This document shows positions 27,903 to 41,470 of a DNA stretch of 64,000 nucleotides, in pieces (the first letter of the stretch is position 1; every line of letters starts with the position of its first letter). Made by a program: the position numbers and the translations under genes. The notes beneath the pieces were generated by a model, which saw only the letters and a program-made list of their open reading frames with translations, ran no database searches and was not told the origin of the DNA. The stretch is from Chlorokybus atmophyticus. Lineage: Eukaryota; Plantae; Mesostigma and Chlorokybus algae. The stretch spans positions 526,487 through 590,486 of the forward strand of contig RHPI01001202.1 of assembly GCA_009103225.1 (NCBI GenBank), written 5' to 3'.

Positions 27903-29505
27903 TGCACGCCTGTGTCCAGCAGCACAGTTCGCGGTTAAAGAGAGAAAGCATTTTCATGCACACATACACGCAGTGGGTAAGATATGAATAGGTGGTGCGC
28001 TCGCAAAGCATTGGTGTGTGCGCCTGTGCATGTGCAATGGCTTTCACACGCGCTTGCGCAAAAGTGTCTGTGTGTGTGTGCGCCTGTCAATGTGCACGAG
28101 CGTTGTTTGGTATGCGAGATGAAGCAGCTTCAATCAACCAATCAGCCTCCCTCCTGATCCTGGCCTCTACAACGGCAGAAGGGTGTATGCACCAGCACCA
28201 GTATTGCAAGCTTGTGTGTGTAAAGAGATGTACATCTGAACTCCTATTTAGATACCATACCTCATGCAGGCTACTTTCACACCTCAACAAATGCAGAACC
28301 AACGCACAAGTTTAACAACATAACACGAGAGATCAAGGTTGCTGAGTGTGACGCAAACTGCAGCAAGGACACGTGTTGGCCATGAAAAAAGTTGTGAATA
28401 CAATGTATACTTTGTACTCTCCTTGAGAACATTTTGTGTTCACCACCTATAGTACCTACCGCTCACTCATGTCCAACAGCCAACCGCACATCCGCCATCA
28501 AAAAACTTGATTGGTACTGTCATCATCAGGGGCTCCACCTTTCTGTGTCTGTGCCCCCACTTGCGCGCTAGTCCCAGCCCCAGAGATGTGCTTGTTCAAG
28601 CAGAGTATAAGGGGGACTGTCCGCCACGCCTACACCTGCGCCGCCGCCCGCTCGAGCCTCAATGCACACTGGCTGATTGGATGGGGCGTTGCCACTAAGG
28701 GCCTGCCTTTCTCGTTTTGGCCTGGAGTTCAGTCAGACCCTCTCTCGTACTTCTGTTTGTAGTCAACATCCCAAAGAGTTCGCAAGTTGCGCTTAAGCGG
28801 CGGCGGCGGAGGAGGAGGAGGAGGAGGAGGACGAGGACGAGGAGCTGCAGAGTTGGACATCCTGCATAAGGACGTGATTTCTGAGGAAAGCCTAAGCGGA
28901 AGGGCGGATAAGCAACAGGTGGGGGGCGCCCTGACGCTCAATTGATGTTGATGGAGGCTGCGCGATGGTTGAAATGGTATCAATGATGTTGTTGAGCATT
29001 GACTGCGGTTGAGGCGAAGGATTATACTGTTGCGGTACAACCCTCCTCGACCGATGCAGTGACTGTCAGCGTTTGGTACAACTCTGCCGTTTTGCTTCTT
29101 GGCTTGTTTGTTGGCTCCGCAGATTGATAATGCGATTGCATCGTCTAAGCAAGCGCGCATATGTATCTACGAAAGAGTCGCGCAACATCAGTGCTAGTGC
29201 ACATGCACGTAGCCGTTATAGAGGACACAGGTTGAGGAGGGAGGATGACTGGATTAGGACAGCTACTTGATATCTCGCACACGAAACGTTCAGGAAAAAA
29301 AAGCTTGCAACATGCACGTATTCATCAGCGCAGGTGCACACACATAAGGTCGCGTGCATAGAACCGTACGTAGTCATGCACACCCATCCACACCAACGCC
29401 TCCGAGCGCACCCACTCACTTGCTCATACCTTACCCGCTGCGTACATGAACGTTGCCCTTGCGCTCTCGCTTTATGTGAACTGTGCTGCTGGACACAGAC
29501 GTGCG

Positions 29506-30862
<1,357 letters not shown>

Positions 30863-31029
30863 ATGGTTTATCAGGTGGCGTTGATTGTAGGTTGTGGCAA
30901 GAGCCAGCTTGAAACGTAACTGATAGATACAAACATGTGATTGCGCAATATAATCTGTATTTACGACTGACATGGTAAGCAATTTGCCATCCAATAATCG
31001 TGATAACTTTTTGTGTATTTGTCATCAAA

Positions 31030-31370
31030 GTCTTACATGCACTATGACCAAGTTACTTGAACTGATTACCCTTACCAACATGTAATGTTCACGAACGCTA
31101 TTAATGGCATGGCATGCCATCCGCCGTAAAACAACCAAGAATCGTGGTCGTATTTTGTGTAGTTGTAATCAATGTCTTACATGCAGTTTATGACCAATTT
31201 ACTTTACTCAAGCTGACGATCCTTAACGACATGCAGTGTTCACAAACACTATCGACGGAATGGCAATGGCCATAATGGTATGCTATTTAATGTCGAATTA
31301 TTCAGAGATGTGTTTATGTCACATAATTTACAATAATAGTCTGACATGCAGTTCATGACCAAGTTACTTC
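31030..31370. repeat. Degenerate tandem repeat, 3 units spaced 144 and 165 bp
   Basis: Core gtct(t/g)acatgca..tgaccaa(g/t)ttactt at 31030, 31174 and 31339. Confidence 0.7.
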
Positions 31371-32097
31371 ATTCAAACCGACATCCCTATAGCAACATGC
31401 AACCAGTCCACAGTGCGTGCTTCTGAACGTCACAATTGCTGGTTCACGCGAGGGTGTAGGGGTTATGGCAGCTGAGCGCGAGACGAATTTCCTTGAAAGC
31501 CAAGTGTTACGACGCGGAGTTTGCAGCTTTATCCCTTCAGTTGCAGAGACTCATAATTGCTCGGAAGCAAAAACCATTGAGTTGTAATATGTGTGTGTGA
31601 TTGTCTTATTTATAACTGCATGCGGATAAAAAGCATGCTTCTTTCAGCGCGTAATTGCTCAATTTCATCAGAGCATCTATGTCGCCCTGTAGCGTTATTG
31701 GGCATTTGCTGTCATGGTATTAACAGCATGAGCTGTACAGGCAATCCCGTTATGCAATGCAAGGCCAGCTCGTAACACTACTCAAAATTCAAGCGATGTG
31801 GCAGGCTTCGTTATGTTTGTTTTGTCTAATACATCATGTACAATATTAATGTACAAGCATACGAGTAGTGGCTGATTGTACCTGACCCCATGCTATCCAG
31901 TAGCATGAAGTTCAGGCTACAATGGCTTGGTAGCCATGTAATGTATTATCGTCTTAAAGCCGAAGTGAGTGCCACTTGCACACGCAAAATCATTCAGGCG
32001 CCTATATGGGAATGCATTCCCTAACCTATAGTACAGTGTGTACGCGGAGCACTTGATGTATGTGTTCGTGCGATGCCCGGCGCACTGCGGCAGGGGG

Positions 32098-32316
32098 CAA
32101 GCAATATGTAAGCTTTGTAACACTTACCGCAAAATAAGACACAATAATTCACACAAAAAGATACGGATAGAACACTCTCAGATACTCTGCCGATGGTGGC
32201 TTGACGGGGACGAATCGTGCTGCTTGTATAGGCCTCGCACACTTTGTACACCAAGTAAAATCGAGCCATGATAAATGCGCTTGGACATCTTGGACTACTG
32301 GTGGATACGACTTGCC
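32098..32316 (-). pseudogene. Partial family A copy 4 (3' part of last exon plus a short 3' flank), truncated at the N join
   Basis: 219 bp nearly identical to 26811-27029 (one difference seen), with a different left flank; N at 32317. Confidence 0.7.
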
Positions 32317-32779
32317 NCTATACGAAATTTTCACGATAGTCGGCGGCCATTGCTGTGCATTCTGTGGTAATGCACTAGAACGCATACTTGCGCGGGGTTT
32401 TGACAGAAATGAAACTAACTTTTGGGCCGCCGCCGCAAATTACGAAGATTTGCGGCACTACGGTATGATCCACCTCAACAACATGCGGAGTCGGTGCTTG
32501 ATGTAGCCATCTGGCATGAGACGTTAACAACATTGTTTTTGCATGCTTTGCATTGAGTCGATTTTGCTCACACAAATTTGGCAATAGAGAGCAGCCGTCG
32601 AGCTGCTCATCCTCAAAGGGATAACATAGCACGGTCAGCCCCGTCATTGGTTCAACGGGACCGATCGAACGGTTGCCCGATGCGCTGACGCCACAGGCAG
32701 ACACAAATTAGCTGCCAAATCCCTTCAGAACATGCTGCACAGCTTAACCAACGGCTTAGCTAGAGTCGGGAGGGGCAGC

Positions 32780-33502
32780 ACATGGGACAGCATCATGGCA
32801 ACTGGAAAATCCTTGCCGAGCACTCGAAGTTATCGAGTATGTAAAAGCGTATCAGCGAGAGGTTGTCGCGGCTGGTGTACAGCCTTAGCAAGCTGAGCCT
32901 TTACAGTGAGAGACGTTCGCACGCTGTCAACGCACTTGGACGTACAAGTATATGCTACAAGCGGGCCCGAAGTGTTGCTTCTTATGCGGGACCGCATGCT
33001 GTTCCCATGCTCGTGGTGTAGTTGGCAGAGCGATGAAGCGTGTCATCTGCAGCTGCACCAACTACAGCAAACAAAAGCGGGCTTACAAGTCCGCATAGGG
33101 GTGCTAAAGAACTGGAAGGACATGCCCCCGGCTATCCCACTCACACATGATGGCATTGTTTTTGACATGCATTAGGAGATGGGGCTGTTTGTAGAGTGTG
33201 CACGTCAGCACAACATGGAGCTTGGCACGGGCTATTTGTTCCGTGGCATGCATTAATGCAAAAGAAAGTGGCTGCACGGAAGTCTACAGAGTGCCGCGGC
33301 CAATAAGGCGTTACGCAAGCACTTGTTGGCTAGCGGCATTGACAAGCCACATGTGACGCTGCATAGTTTCAGACGAGGTGGTGTGCAGCACCGCCAAAAA
33401 CAAGGCATGACCATGGCAGAGCTACAACAACAGGGTTTGTGGCGGACTGAGGCCATGGTGCGGCACTACTTGTGCCCGTCTAATCAGGTATACACTATAT
33501 AG
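32780..33502 (+). pseudogene. Tyrosine recombinase of the DIRS element (antisense to pol), with in-frame stops and a frameshift
   Basis: ENPCRALEVIEYVKAYQRE..GVQP*QAEPL; RDRMLF; VLKNWK; TLHSFRRGGVQ..GLWRTEAMVRHY (HxxR near 33362, catalytic Tyr at 33467). Confidence 0.88.
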
Positions 33503-33900
33503 AATGCCACATGCGGGTATTTGCCTGGGCTATATATGTGCGCAGGCACTTTCCTACCCCTCACAAACAGAGCTGGTTGTGCATGAAGTAGCATGCTCTC
33601 ATGAATAGGTAGCCCCAGAACTTGTGGCCACCAAGGTTTCTGTGTCCATTGTGGCATAACCAACACGCAATCGAGCGTATGCAACCAACTTACCTGCCGT
33701 GCCCAGCAGGGCCAAGGGTCGGGATGACCCACAAGAGGCCGCGCTTGGCGCAGTCCCAACCGGAGGTGAGAGCGTTGCCACTCGAGCCCGGGCTGTTACA
33801 AGGGAAGAAGAAGGCGGGAGCAACGGTATTGACCTGACCGAAGCAAACATGTCTACAGTCGATGCACCTCATCGCGCTATCACTTGATCACGCGTTGTTG
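33484..33900 (-). pseudogene. DIRS-associated Dam-like DNA adenine methyltransferase domain, degenerate
   Basis: CFGQVNTVAPAFFFPCNSPGSSGNALTSGW..LLWVIP then LVMPQWTQKPWWPQVL, the typical post-RNaseH MT signature of DIRS elements. Confidence 0.75.
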
Positions 33901-34015
33901 CGCACATGGCCCAATCGCCTGCATCCGCGGTTTTGGAGAGCCAGTCCTCTAATTGCAGCCGCTTGCGCGCCTGCCACGAGCAACGCAAGTGAAGATCCCT
34001 GGCCCAGAGCACTCC

Positions 34016-35300
34016 CTACAGCTTATAGAGCAGGGCTCTTAGGTAAGGCGAAGGGGAGACCAGCTTGGAAAGAGCTTGTAGGGCTGGTTGACAGTCCCCT
34101 TCAAGCATGACAGTTGTGTGCCGCACGTTTGGAAAGCGGCGAGCTGCCCCTATGACCACGGCAACATACGTCAGCCCTTTCTTGACTGCTAAGGACAGCT
34201 CCAGCTCAACCGGTGTGAAGTTGCCCTGCATGTGGCCCCACGGTGTCACCGCACCCCAACCCTTTTCTGTTGATGCATGTGCACGCAGCAGAATGGAGCT
34301 AGGCCGTCTCCACCAAGCGCTGGCTGTGTACATCCGCATGGTTGATCGCGACCACGCAATGAACTCTTTTGTATTGGCCGGCGCTGCAAATGGTGCTTCC
34401 CAAGTGTTGGCGTGGTTTACGACTTCCATGAGCGACCTAGCAAATAGCAGGACGGGAAGAACGGCCAAGCGTAGGCTGATTAGCTTGCCTGCTACGCGCG
34501 CCAGCACTTTGTTGGTGAGCGTTGTGCGCGCCAGCGTGTCCTCAAGCAGCATGTCGAGGTCCTCAAGCTTGGCTTCAGGCACTGAGAACGCGCCCACTTG
34601 CGAGTCCACAATGAGCCCCAGCAGCTGCAAGCGCATGGTGGGGAAAGCATTACACTTAGGCAGTCCAAAGAACTCGTGCAGTGCCGCATCGAGCTGCATG
34701 ATCAGCTCAATACGCCAGTAGATGCCTTTGTTGCGATGTGCCATGTGCATGTCTATGTAGCTAAGGGTGCCAATGCCCGCAATTCGCAATGGCTGTGGAT
34801 GACAAGCTGCACCAAGTGAATGCATAGCATGCTCGATTCAGTCCAAAGGGGAGCACGTTCCATCTGAACACCTGACCTTCGAAGGCCACGCACAAGTAAT
34901 TGGTGTCACATGCGCGGATGGGAATGTGGTGGTATCCGCTTTTCAAGTCAAAGCTTGCTTGCCATGCTCCTACTTGGGTGTAGTGTAACACGTCTGTTAA
35001 GCGCTCGTAGTGGAAAGGTATGTGTGCGAGGAACAGGTTGATGTAGCGAAGATCCACCACCAAACGTTTCTTGCTCGTGACTACCACCCCCATGCCCGAG
35101 ATCACCTGCTTTGCTGCATCGGTTGGCACCGGGGTGATAGGCCCCGTGCCCACCAGCCCACCAGCCCACCATTGGGGAGCGGCTTTGGCAATACCTGCGC
35201 CGGTGCAGAAACATTGAGCATGGCCATCACAGGCCATGCCTGGACGGCGACAACCTCTCCTTGGCTTTGCCCCGAGGGAGCAAAAGGAGGCTTGCAGGCT
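34016..35300 (-). pseudogene. DIRS reverse transcriptase plus RNase H, frameshifted
   Basis: KKRLVVDLRYINLFL..FHYERL..SFDLKSGYHHIPI..LPFGL; YID (damaged YxDD); LQLLGLIVDS; LRAHASTEKGWGA (DAS-like); LEGDCQPAL. Confidence 0.9.
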
Positions 35301-35419
35301 CATGAGCGGTGTGCAGCTGCCCGAGGCAGTGCTTGAAGTAGAATGTTGAAGAAAGGAATGGAGAGGCGCGACACAAAGGCATACCCTGCAACAAACGCGT
35401 ACCTTGTCATGTGTTGGTA

Positions 35420-36702
35420 TTATCCAAGCTGAGTGGCTGCCTCCTTCCGCACCTCCGTGTAGAATTCCAGCAGCTCGGTGATGAGGTGCGCCTCCGTGTA
35501 GTCCATGGACAGGTCCAACTTACTCGCCTCGAGGGCCCGAGCGCAGTCCTCCCCGAACAGTGAAGCATGAACGTATCCAAACTCTTTGTACAAACACGTT
35601 TCAAGCAGTACATGTACATACGCCATGAGCGGATACTGCGTGTCCGTGATCATGTTCGATTTGTGCAGTTGCAACAATCCCTTGCGCACCGCATCTCCCG
35701 TGAAGCGGTTAACAATGTTGTTGCGGACACGCACAAAGTGCGAGGTGCGCGTGAAGTGGGTGACATGTACGCCATCAGCTGCCAGCTTCATGCCCTTCGC
35801 CTCCGCGAACGAGCGCCCAGGTGTTGCAGCTGAAGGCACTGTGGGGTGAGGTGTGCATGGGGCTGGCCGCGTCAGCGGGGGTGCGATTGTAGAGGGGTTA
35901 GCTCCCACAGCTGGAGGCACGGTGGGGTGAGGTATGAAAGGGGCCGGCTGCGCCGCTAGTGGTGTTGCGATTGTAGAGGGGTTGGCACTCATTAGGTTGG
36001 GACAGGCCGAAACCTGCAGGGGCTGGTTGGCGGGTAGCGTGCGCACAAAAACGAGGCCGGCGGCAGCATCGATCACGCCTTCCACGCGCGCGAGCGTCCA
36101 TTGTCCCACGCTTAGCTCCGCACACACCATGCGTCCTAGCAGCGCCTGCAAGCCACCTGCTGCTAGCAACGCAGCCACATCAGTCGTTGCCTGAGGATTC
36201 AAAGTATGAATGTAGCCCAAACTCAGCATTGAGGGTGGCCGCGAGGTTGTTGAAGGCGGCATCGACACTGGGCGCGCCTGGTGCGACGCCTAGCGATGGC
36301 GTGACGAAAGCGGGCGGAGGAGGCACCGCCAGAGCTGGCGGGAGGGGAGCTGAGACGTTCAGTGCTGGCACGGACGGAACTGGTGCCTACTGAGGCAGGA
36401 GAGGCGCTCCCGACTGCTCCGCCTGCAGCCGCGGAGATGGGGGGTGATGCGATCTTCGCGCCAGGAGGCTCCAGCTGCGCCTGACTGGCGACCGATGTTG
36501 CCATCGGCGCGGGGGGCTGCGGCTCCTGCTGCGACCCCACCCAGGGCTCCAACGCTGGAACGCGTAGAACACGGGGCCGCGGCAGTTGGGGCTGCGCGAC
36601 CGCCTGCGTAGGGGGGAAACTGGGGTAGGTACGGCCCCTTAGCGGGGACCATCTGCGCCTCAGGGGCTGGTGACGGTGGGGAGAGTCCCGGGAACTTGCC
36701 AT
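35420..36702 (-). pseudogene. Gag-like ORF1 of the DIRS element (frameshifted 5' part), with an internal Pro-rich duplication of about 27 aa
   Basis: Long open frame 35420-36268 directly upstream of RT; ANPSTIA..P.P..PHPTVP occurs twice. Confidence 0.6.
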
Positions 36703-36939
36703 GTGCGGGCCGTGTCTCTCATCTCCACAAGATGAGCCCCCCAAGTACTGTGTTCCTGTATTAAGCGCGAGGGGTTTGTCCTTCTCTCACGTGCTCACGC
36801 ATGCGTCGCGGAGAGACCACGTGGTCAAAGCGCCCCACCACCCTGTGTTGTTGGCGCTGCGTTGCTGCACCAGGTAGTTGAGCGGCAACTGGACTGGGGA
36901 CTCCGACATCTCCAAGGCAACACGTACAAGGGGTTCCCT

Positions 36940-37221
36940 CTACAGAGGGCCTAAAGCAACAATCAAACGGTCATGCAAGGGACGCCCAGGGCCTGCCTGT
37001 GTGTCCACTTGACGCAAGATGTCCACGCAATACGCGTTGTCTACGATCACGCCGATGCCCAGCCGCTGCTTCAAAGCTTGCAAATCCACCGCTCGCGTGC
37101 CAGTACGAAAGCGCTGCAGCTCAAACTCTTCAGATAGTGGCAGCAGCCAGGTGTTCGCCCACGCGTTAGGACACTCGTACGGCCACCACGGGTTGCCTTC
37201 AGCAGGGCCGTGCTGTTGCAT
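36940..37221 (-). other. Unassigned ORF remnant upstream of the DIRS gag (WWPYECPNAWANTWLLPLSEEFEL..)
   Basis: 93-codon open frame with protein-like composition; no family recognised. Confidence 0.3.
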
Positions 37222-37949
37222 GCCGCCCCTCCTCCTCCCTCCTCAAGTAGCGCTCAGAGCAACAAACAACAAGGGCAGCAAGGTCGCCTTGCTGGAGGTT
37301 ATGGAGAGAGGTCGTACATGGATGGCCTTTGGCTGCTGCGAAGCGGCCAGGGCCAGCTCAGCAGGCTGGCCCTTCAGCGGCGGTGGAGGCAGCTGTCACA
37401 TCGCCGTTGAGCCAGCCCTGGGCGGCAGGGAGGTAAGCTCTAGTGCGGTCTTTCAAGCACGCCGCACTTCTAGTGCTGCATGTGCACGTGCTCAGCTCCT
37501 CAGCAGCTATTGTTGCTGGGGAGCTGAGCGGTAATGCCCATTGTGCTGTTCAGCCAATGGCAGGCTGTTCAGCATGCTTGAACATTAGGGAGGTGAGTCA
37601 TGATCACTTCCTCATGACTCTCTCGTGCGGTACTGCGAGCTTCTTAACTTCCTTATGTGCCGCAGTGCGATTGCATTGCCTGCTTCTTATATATGTATTA
37701 TGAACCCCACTCGTGGGAACATGTGATTATCAGAGCGTTTACGAAGTACTCATTAGACTCATGTAGTAGACAGGGGTAACCTAGCACCAGGCACTAGCTA
37801 ATATCGTAAAGTACACATCTTATGTGTGATTTGGAAGTTCCATTGTGTTGAGGAGCTCCGTAAGACGCTTGTTTGCACCGGCGAGCTCGCAGCATTGTGC
37901 TCCAGGAGCACTGCTCCCGTCTTCAGGTGATGTGTAAATAAAGAACATG

Positions 37950-38880
37950 TGTAGGCATTTGCATCATTGTGTGCAGCGGTTCATCATCGCCGCAGCTTGC
38001 TCTCGGCCAACAAGTGCTCGCGCGCAGCCCACACCTTTGGTTGCTTGTGCTTGTATTGTTTTGTTTTGTACTGACTTTGCAAGCTCTAGTGAGAGAGGCG
38101 AGGAAGTGTGCAGCCTGCATCGTGCAGGGGAAAGCCCTGCCTGGCGCTACTTCCTCGGACACAACTGCCTACACACGTGCTTTGCATGCAAGAAAGGCGA
38201 CAGCACGTGGCTTGTGATGCATTTGGGGTTGTTGGTGGGGGTGGGGAGGGGGGAGAGGGGAAGGTGGCCCAACATGTTTTTCACGTATAAGACGCTCTTC
38301 TACTGAATTGGCGCATTCTGGACGCTTCCTTGCCCTTGCCACACTGCACATGCACATGGTTCACCGTGGATGGTGGTGGGTGTTGACAGTGCGCATTGCA
38401 CAACATGCTTTGGGGCTTGGGCTAGCCCTGCTGCTTGTTGCACGCATTGTACATAGCTCCGTGACTAGCACTAGCACTCCCTTGTGGTCTTATGTGAGAC
38501 ATTCCTTACCCTCCTTTTGAACGTACCCCGCCCTCCATACATGCTTTGGCATGCGCTTCAATCAAAGCAGGCACTTTTGCGATGGATGCAAAGGTGTAGA
38601 TGCGGTAGCTCAATAAACTACTTACAGTAATTCTAGAAACTACCAAGTGATAGTGTTATTGCACTAAGTTGCACAGGGTGAGTGAGTGTTTTGAAGTGAG
38701 TGAGTGCTGGCGTGAGATTGCATGTGCCGTGTGCTTCATGCTGTGCATGTCACCGCTTGACACCATGCATGCTACTAATGTAGCTTACTAACACATAAAC
38801 ACTAAGTAAGTGCTAGGGCCTTACGTAGTCGGCATGGTCAGCAGCTAGTAGTACTAGCATTCCATCCAATGACAGTGAGT
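37950..38880. repeat. Diverged duplicated segment, paralogous to about 51130-51760
   Basis: Shared gctgcctggcgctacttcctc-type core (cctggcgctacttcctc) and gtagtcggcatggtca..tagcatt(c/t)tatcca motifs in the same order. Confidence 0.7.
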
Positions 38881-39869
38881 CTAGTTTCAACCAACTTTTG
38901 CGCGATTGCGGTTTTGCAGGGATGGATGCGGCAAGTAGACCACTAGAACTTGTAATGTTGCTACTAGTGCTGTGTATGGTGTTGTTCAAGCACTGGTGGC
39001 AGTAATGCTAGTGGTGGTGTACTGCGAGTGGTCGTTGTCATTTATTACTGACTAAGAGTAGTAGTCAACATGGTCTGTAGCAGTAGTTGCATGTAAGGTT
39101 GCCATGCGTGGTTTTGCATCATAGCCCAGACACAGATGCTGACTATCAGCCGCGTGGGCTGCTGCTACTGCTGTTGCTGTTGCCGCTTCTGTGTTCTGAT
39201 GACCTGTGATGCCTGCACAGTGCAGGGTCTTGGGCCAGCCCATGCTGTGTATCTTGCTGGGTTTCTTCGCTGCGTTTATATGGCCCAGTGTGCGTGCATG
39301 CCATTATGACACACCCTACACGATGGTAGCCAAAGGTTTGTTGTGTTGGCATCAGGTGACATCGCTATGTTGTGCATCATGCCTTGGCGTGCTGCATACC
39401 CTGCAGCAAAAACCATCACCGTTCTTCTGTACACAACACAGCATTACTATACTACAATACCGCATTTAGGAAGAGCGATGCACAACCCCTTGTGGACCAG
39501 CCAGTGAGGAACCTCAGGTCGGCAGCGTCAGGTATTAGCCAGTAGAGCTTGACCATTGACCAATGCGTTGGTGTGGAGCCAACACACGCCATAAAACGAA
39601 CACTACCACGTCATTCAGACACCGGCTTGTATGCTAGCACCATCCAAGTGCACCTCGCAACTCAATGCGCAACAACATTGAACCGCTTGTGCTGGCCCTT
39701 CCACTCTGGTACCCACTGCAACCTTATTCCCATTGGCATGATGATCGTAGCCGAAAAACCAATGGATATACAAAAATTTGCCTCGTTATGTACAAGACTC
39801 CCAGCTGCCAAGTACTGCTTGTTTAAACCCCTCCTTGGTGCCAGCAGCAATCCAACAACAACACATGTC

Positions 39870-40600
39870 TTAAGGTACAATCACTCTCATCACACATGCT
39901 CCCACACGCCCAATGAGCAGTCCCGCTACATCAACAGCACGACAACAGTGAGTGAGCCAAAGTAAATAGTCATCCAACAATATGCACATGCACAACACTG
40001 ACACAACCTTACCGATTACCTGACGATGATGGGTAGAAAGGGATGGAGGCATCGCGCACGATCGCATCATGGCCGGCCAACTTCCCAATCAACTTACCGC
40101 TCGCGACATCGTCTGCTTCACAAGCAACCCCGCGTAAACAACAACCATAGCATGATGGACAGCATGATGGATATCCATGCAGCGTTTTTTCCGTGCTGGG
40201 CAATGCCTACCGCGTGCGGCGCCGCATGATAAACCCATGTACAGGCAGCGCTGTGCTGTGGTTGCAGCAGGCAAGGAATGCGCACGCACAAGCGCCTGCA
40301 GAAAGGAATGCCCTGCGTAGCCGCAGTGGAAGCCATATTGAGAGGCAGCTTGACGATTCGTTAAACTCACGACAAGATTGACAACTAGCAGCTCGTGTTG
40401 ATGACTGATAGAAAACTGGGAGTGGCAGGTGGTTCTTAGTGCAATCAGTGTGTCAGCAGGCTAAAGCTTACGTGACAACAGTCCAGCATCCATGGGCAGG
40501 TGTCTGCTGGGCCAGCGGCGGCCGTCTTGCGCTGTGGGATGCTCCCAGCGGTAAGCGACTGGCGCTCTGGTCCTTGTTGTTGCTGAGAAGTCTACCTACC
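39870..40600 (-). pseudogene. DCAF11: DCAF11/LEC14B (WDR23) WD40 3' fragment, copy 1, introns retained
   Basis: YAGHSFLQALVRAH..RCLYMG; DVASGKLIGKLAGHDAIVRDAS..PFYP; terminal GVWEHV; frameshifts present. Confidence 0.8.
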
Positions 40601-41470
40601 ATCGCCCTGCATGCATGCACCGGTTGCCATACTCCTTCCCGTACCAGAACAAGTACTGCGGGCGCAACCTCTCACCTTGACAGTTACATGCGTGATGCCT
40701 TCACCATGGCCGATGAGTACGCCCTGAGGGCTTGCGCCACTCCGCAGAAGGCGGTCCCACACCTTCCGTCACAACCACATGCGTGTGCAACACATTGGTG
40801 TTGCATAGTGAGTAAGCATGGACTGTGCTTTTGCAAAATTCAGAACATACCTTTACCAAGCAGTCCTCCAATTGCCTCTGTACGCGATGTAGGAGTTGCT
40901 GTCAGCAAAGCACACTGAGTTCATGTCATCCCTGTGAGCATGAATCTGGTGACAAGCAGCATGACAGGTGAGAACGCTGGATCTGCTTGCTGTGCAATCA
41001 CTGTCAGCACTGCACATGCCCGCAAGGTTTGTCGTTTAGTCTTGATGTCATAAGTGTACAAATAAAATAGTGATGAGCGGTACCAGCGACAATCTCACGA
41101 CCGTCTGGGGCAAGTAACTGAGAACATGCGGAAATGCAGGTTCTCAGGCCTGTAAAGCAGTCTCAGCGTCACATCACAGCAGCCAACTTGGTTAAGTGAA
41201 TGGCTATACGTTACGCAGGTATTGCGCCGCATGCAGGAGAGAAAAGCGAGGGTGCTTACCTCATGTTCAAGCCCTCATGCAGCTTATACTCGCCTTACAC
41301 GATGCACATATGTACTGCAGCCACATGCGAGACAAGTAAGTACCGCTGCCACTAGAGGCGTATGTTCTGATCTGTTGAGCGGACTTGCAGTCAGCTTAAC
41401 GAGAACAGAGCAAAGCGTTGAGTTGAACAAGTCTCACCTTAGCAAGCACGCGGGAATACGTACCCAACCT

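Larger units (their letters stand above)
32318..36760 (-). mobile_element. Degenerate DIRS-order (tyrosine-recombinase) retrotransposon: gag-RT-RNaseH-methyltransferase on the minus strand, YR on the plus strand; ends unresolved
   Basis: DIRS-type RT, RNase H, Dam-like MT and YR motifs present in the expected order, with stops and frameshifts. Confidence 0.9.

Noticed and set aside
34107-34721. 204-aa plus-strand ORF
   Set aside because: Antisense shadow of the DIRS RT/RNase H frame.
38120-38230. SPAWRYF..CFACKK.GDSTWLVMHL, resembling a BED zinc finger
   Set aside because: Linker too short, final His absent, and the paralog at 51.3 kb does not keep the frame beyond AWRYFL.
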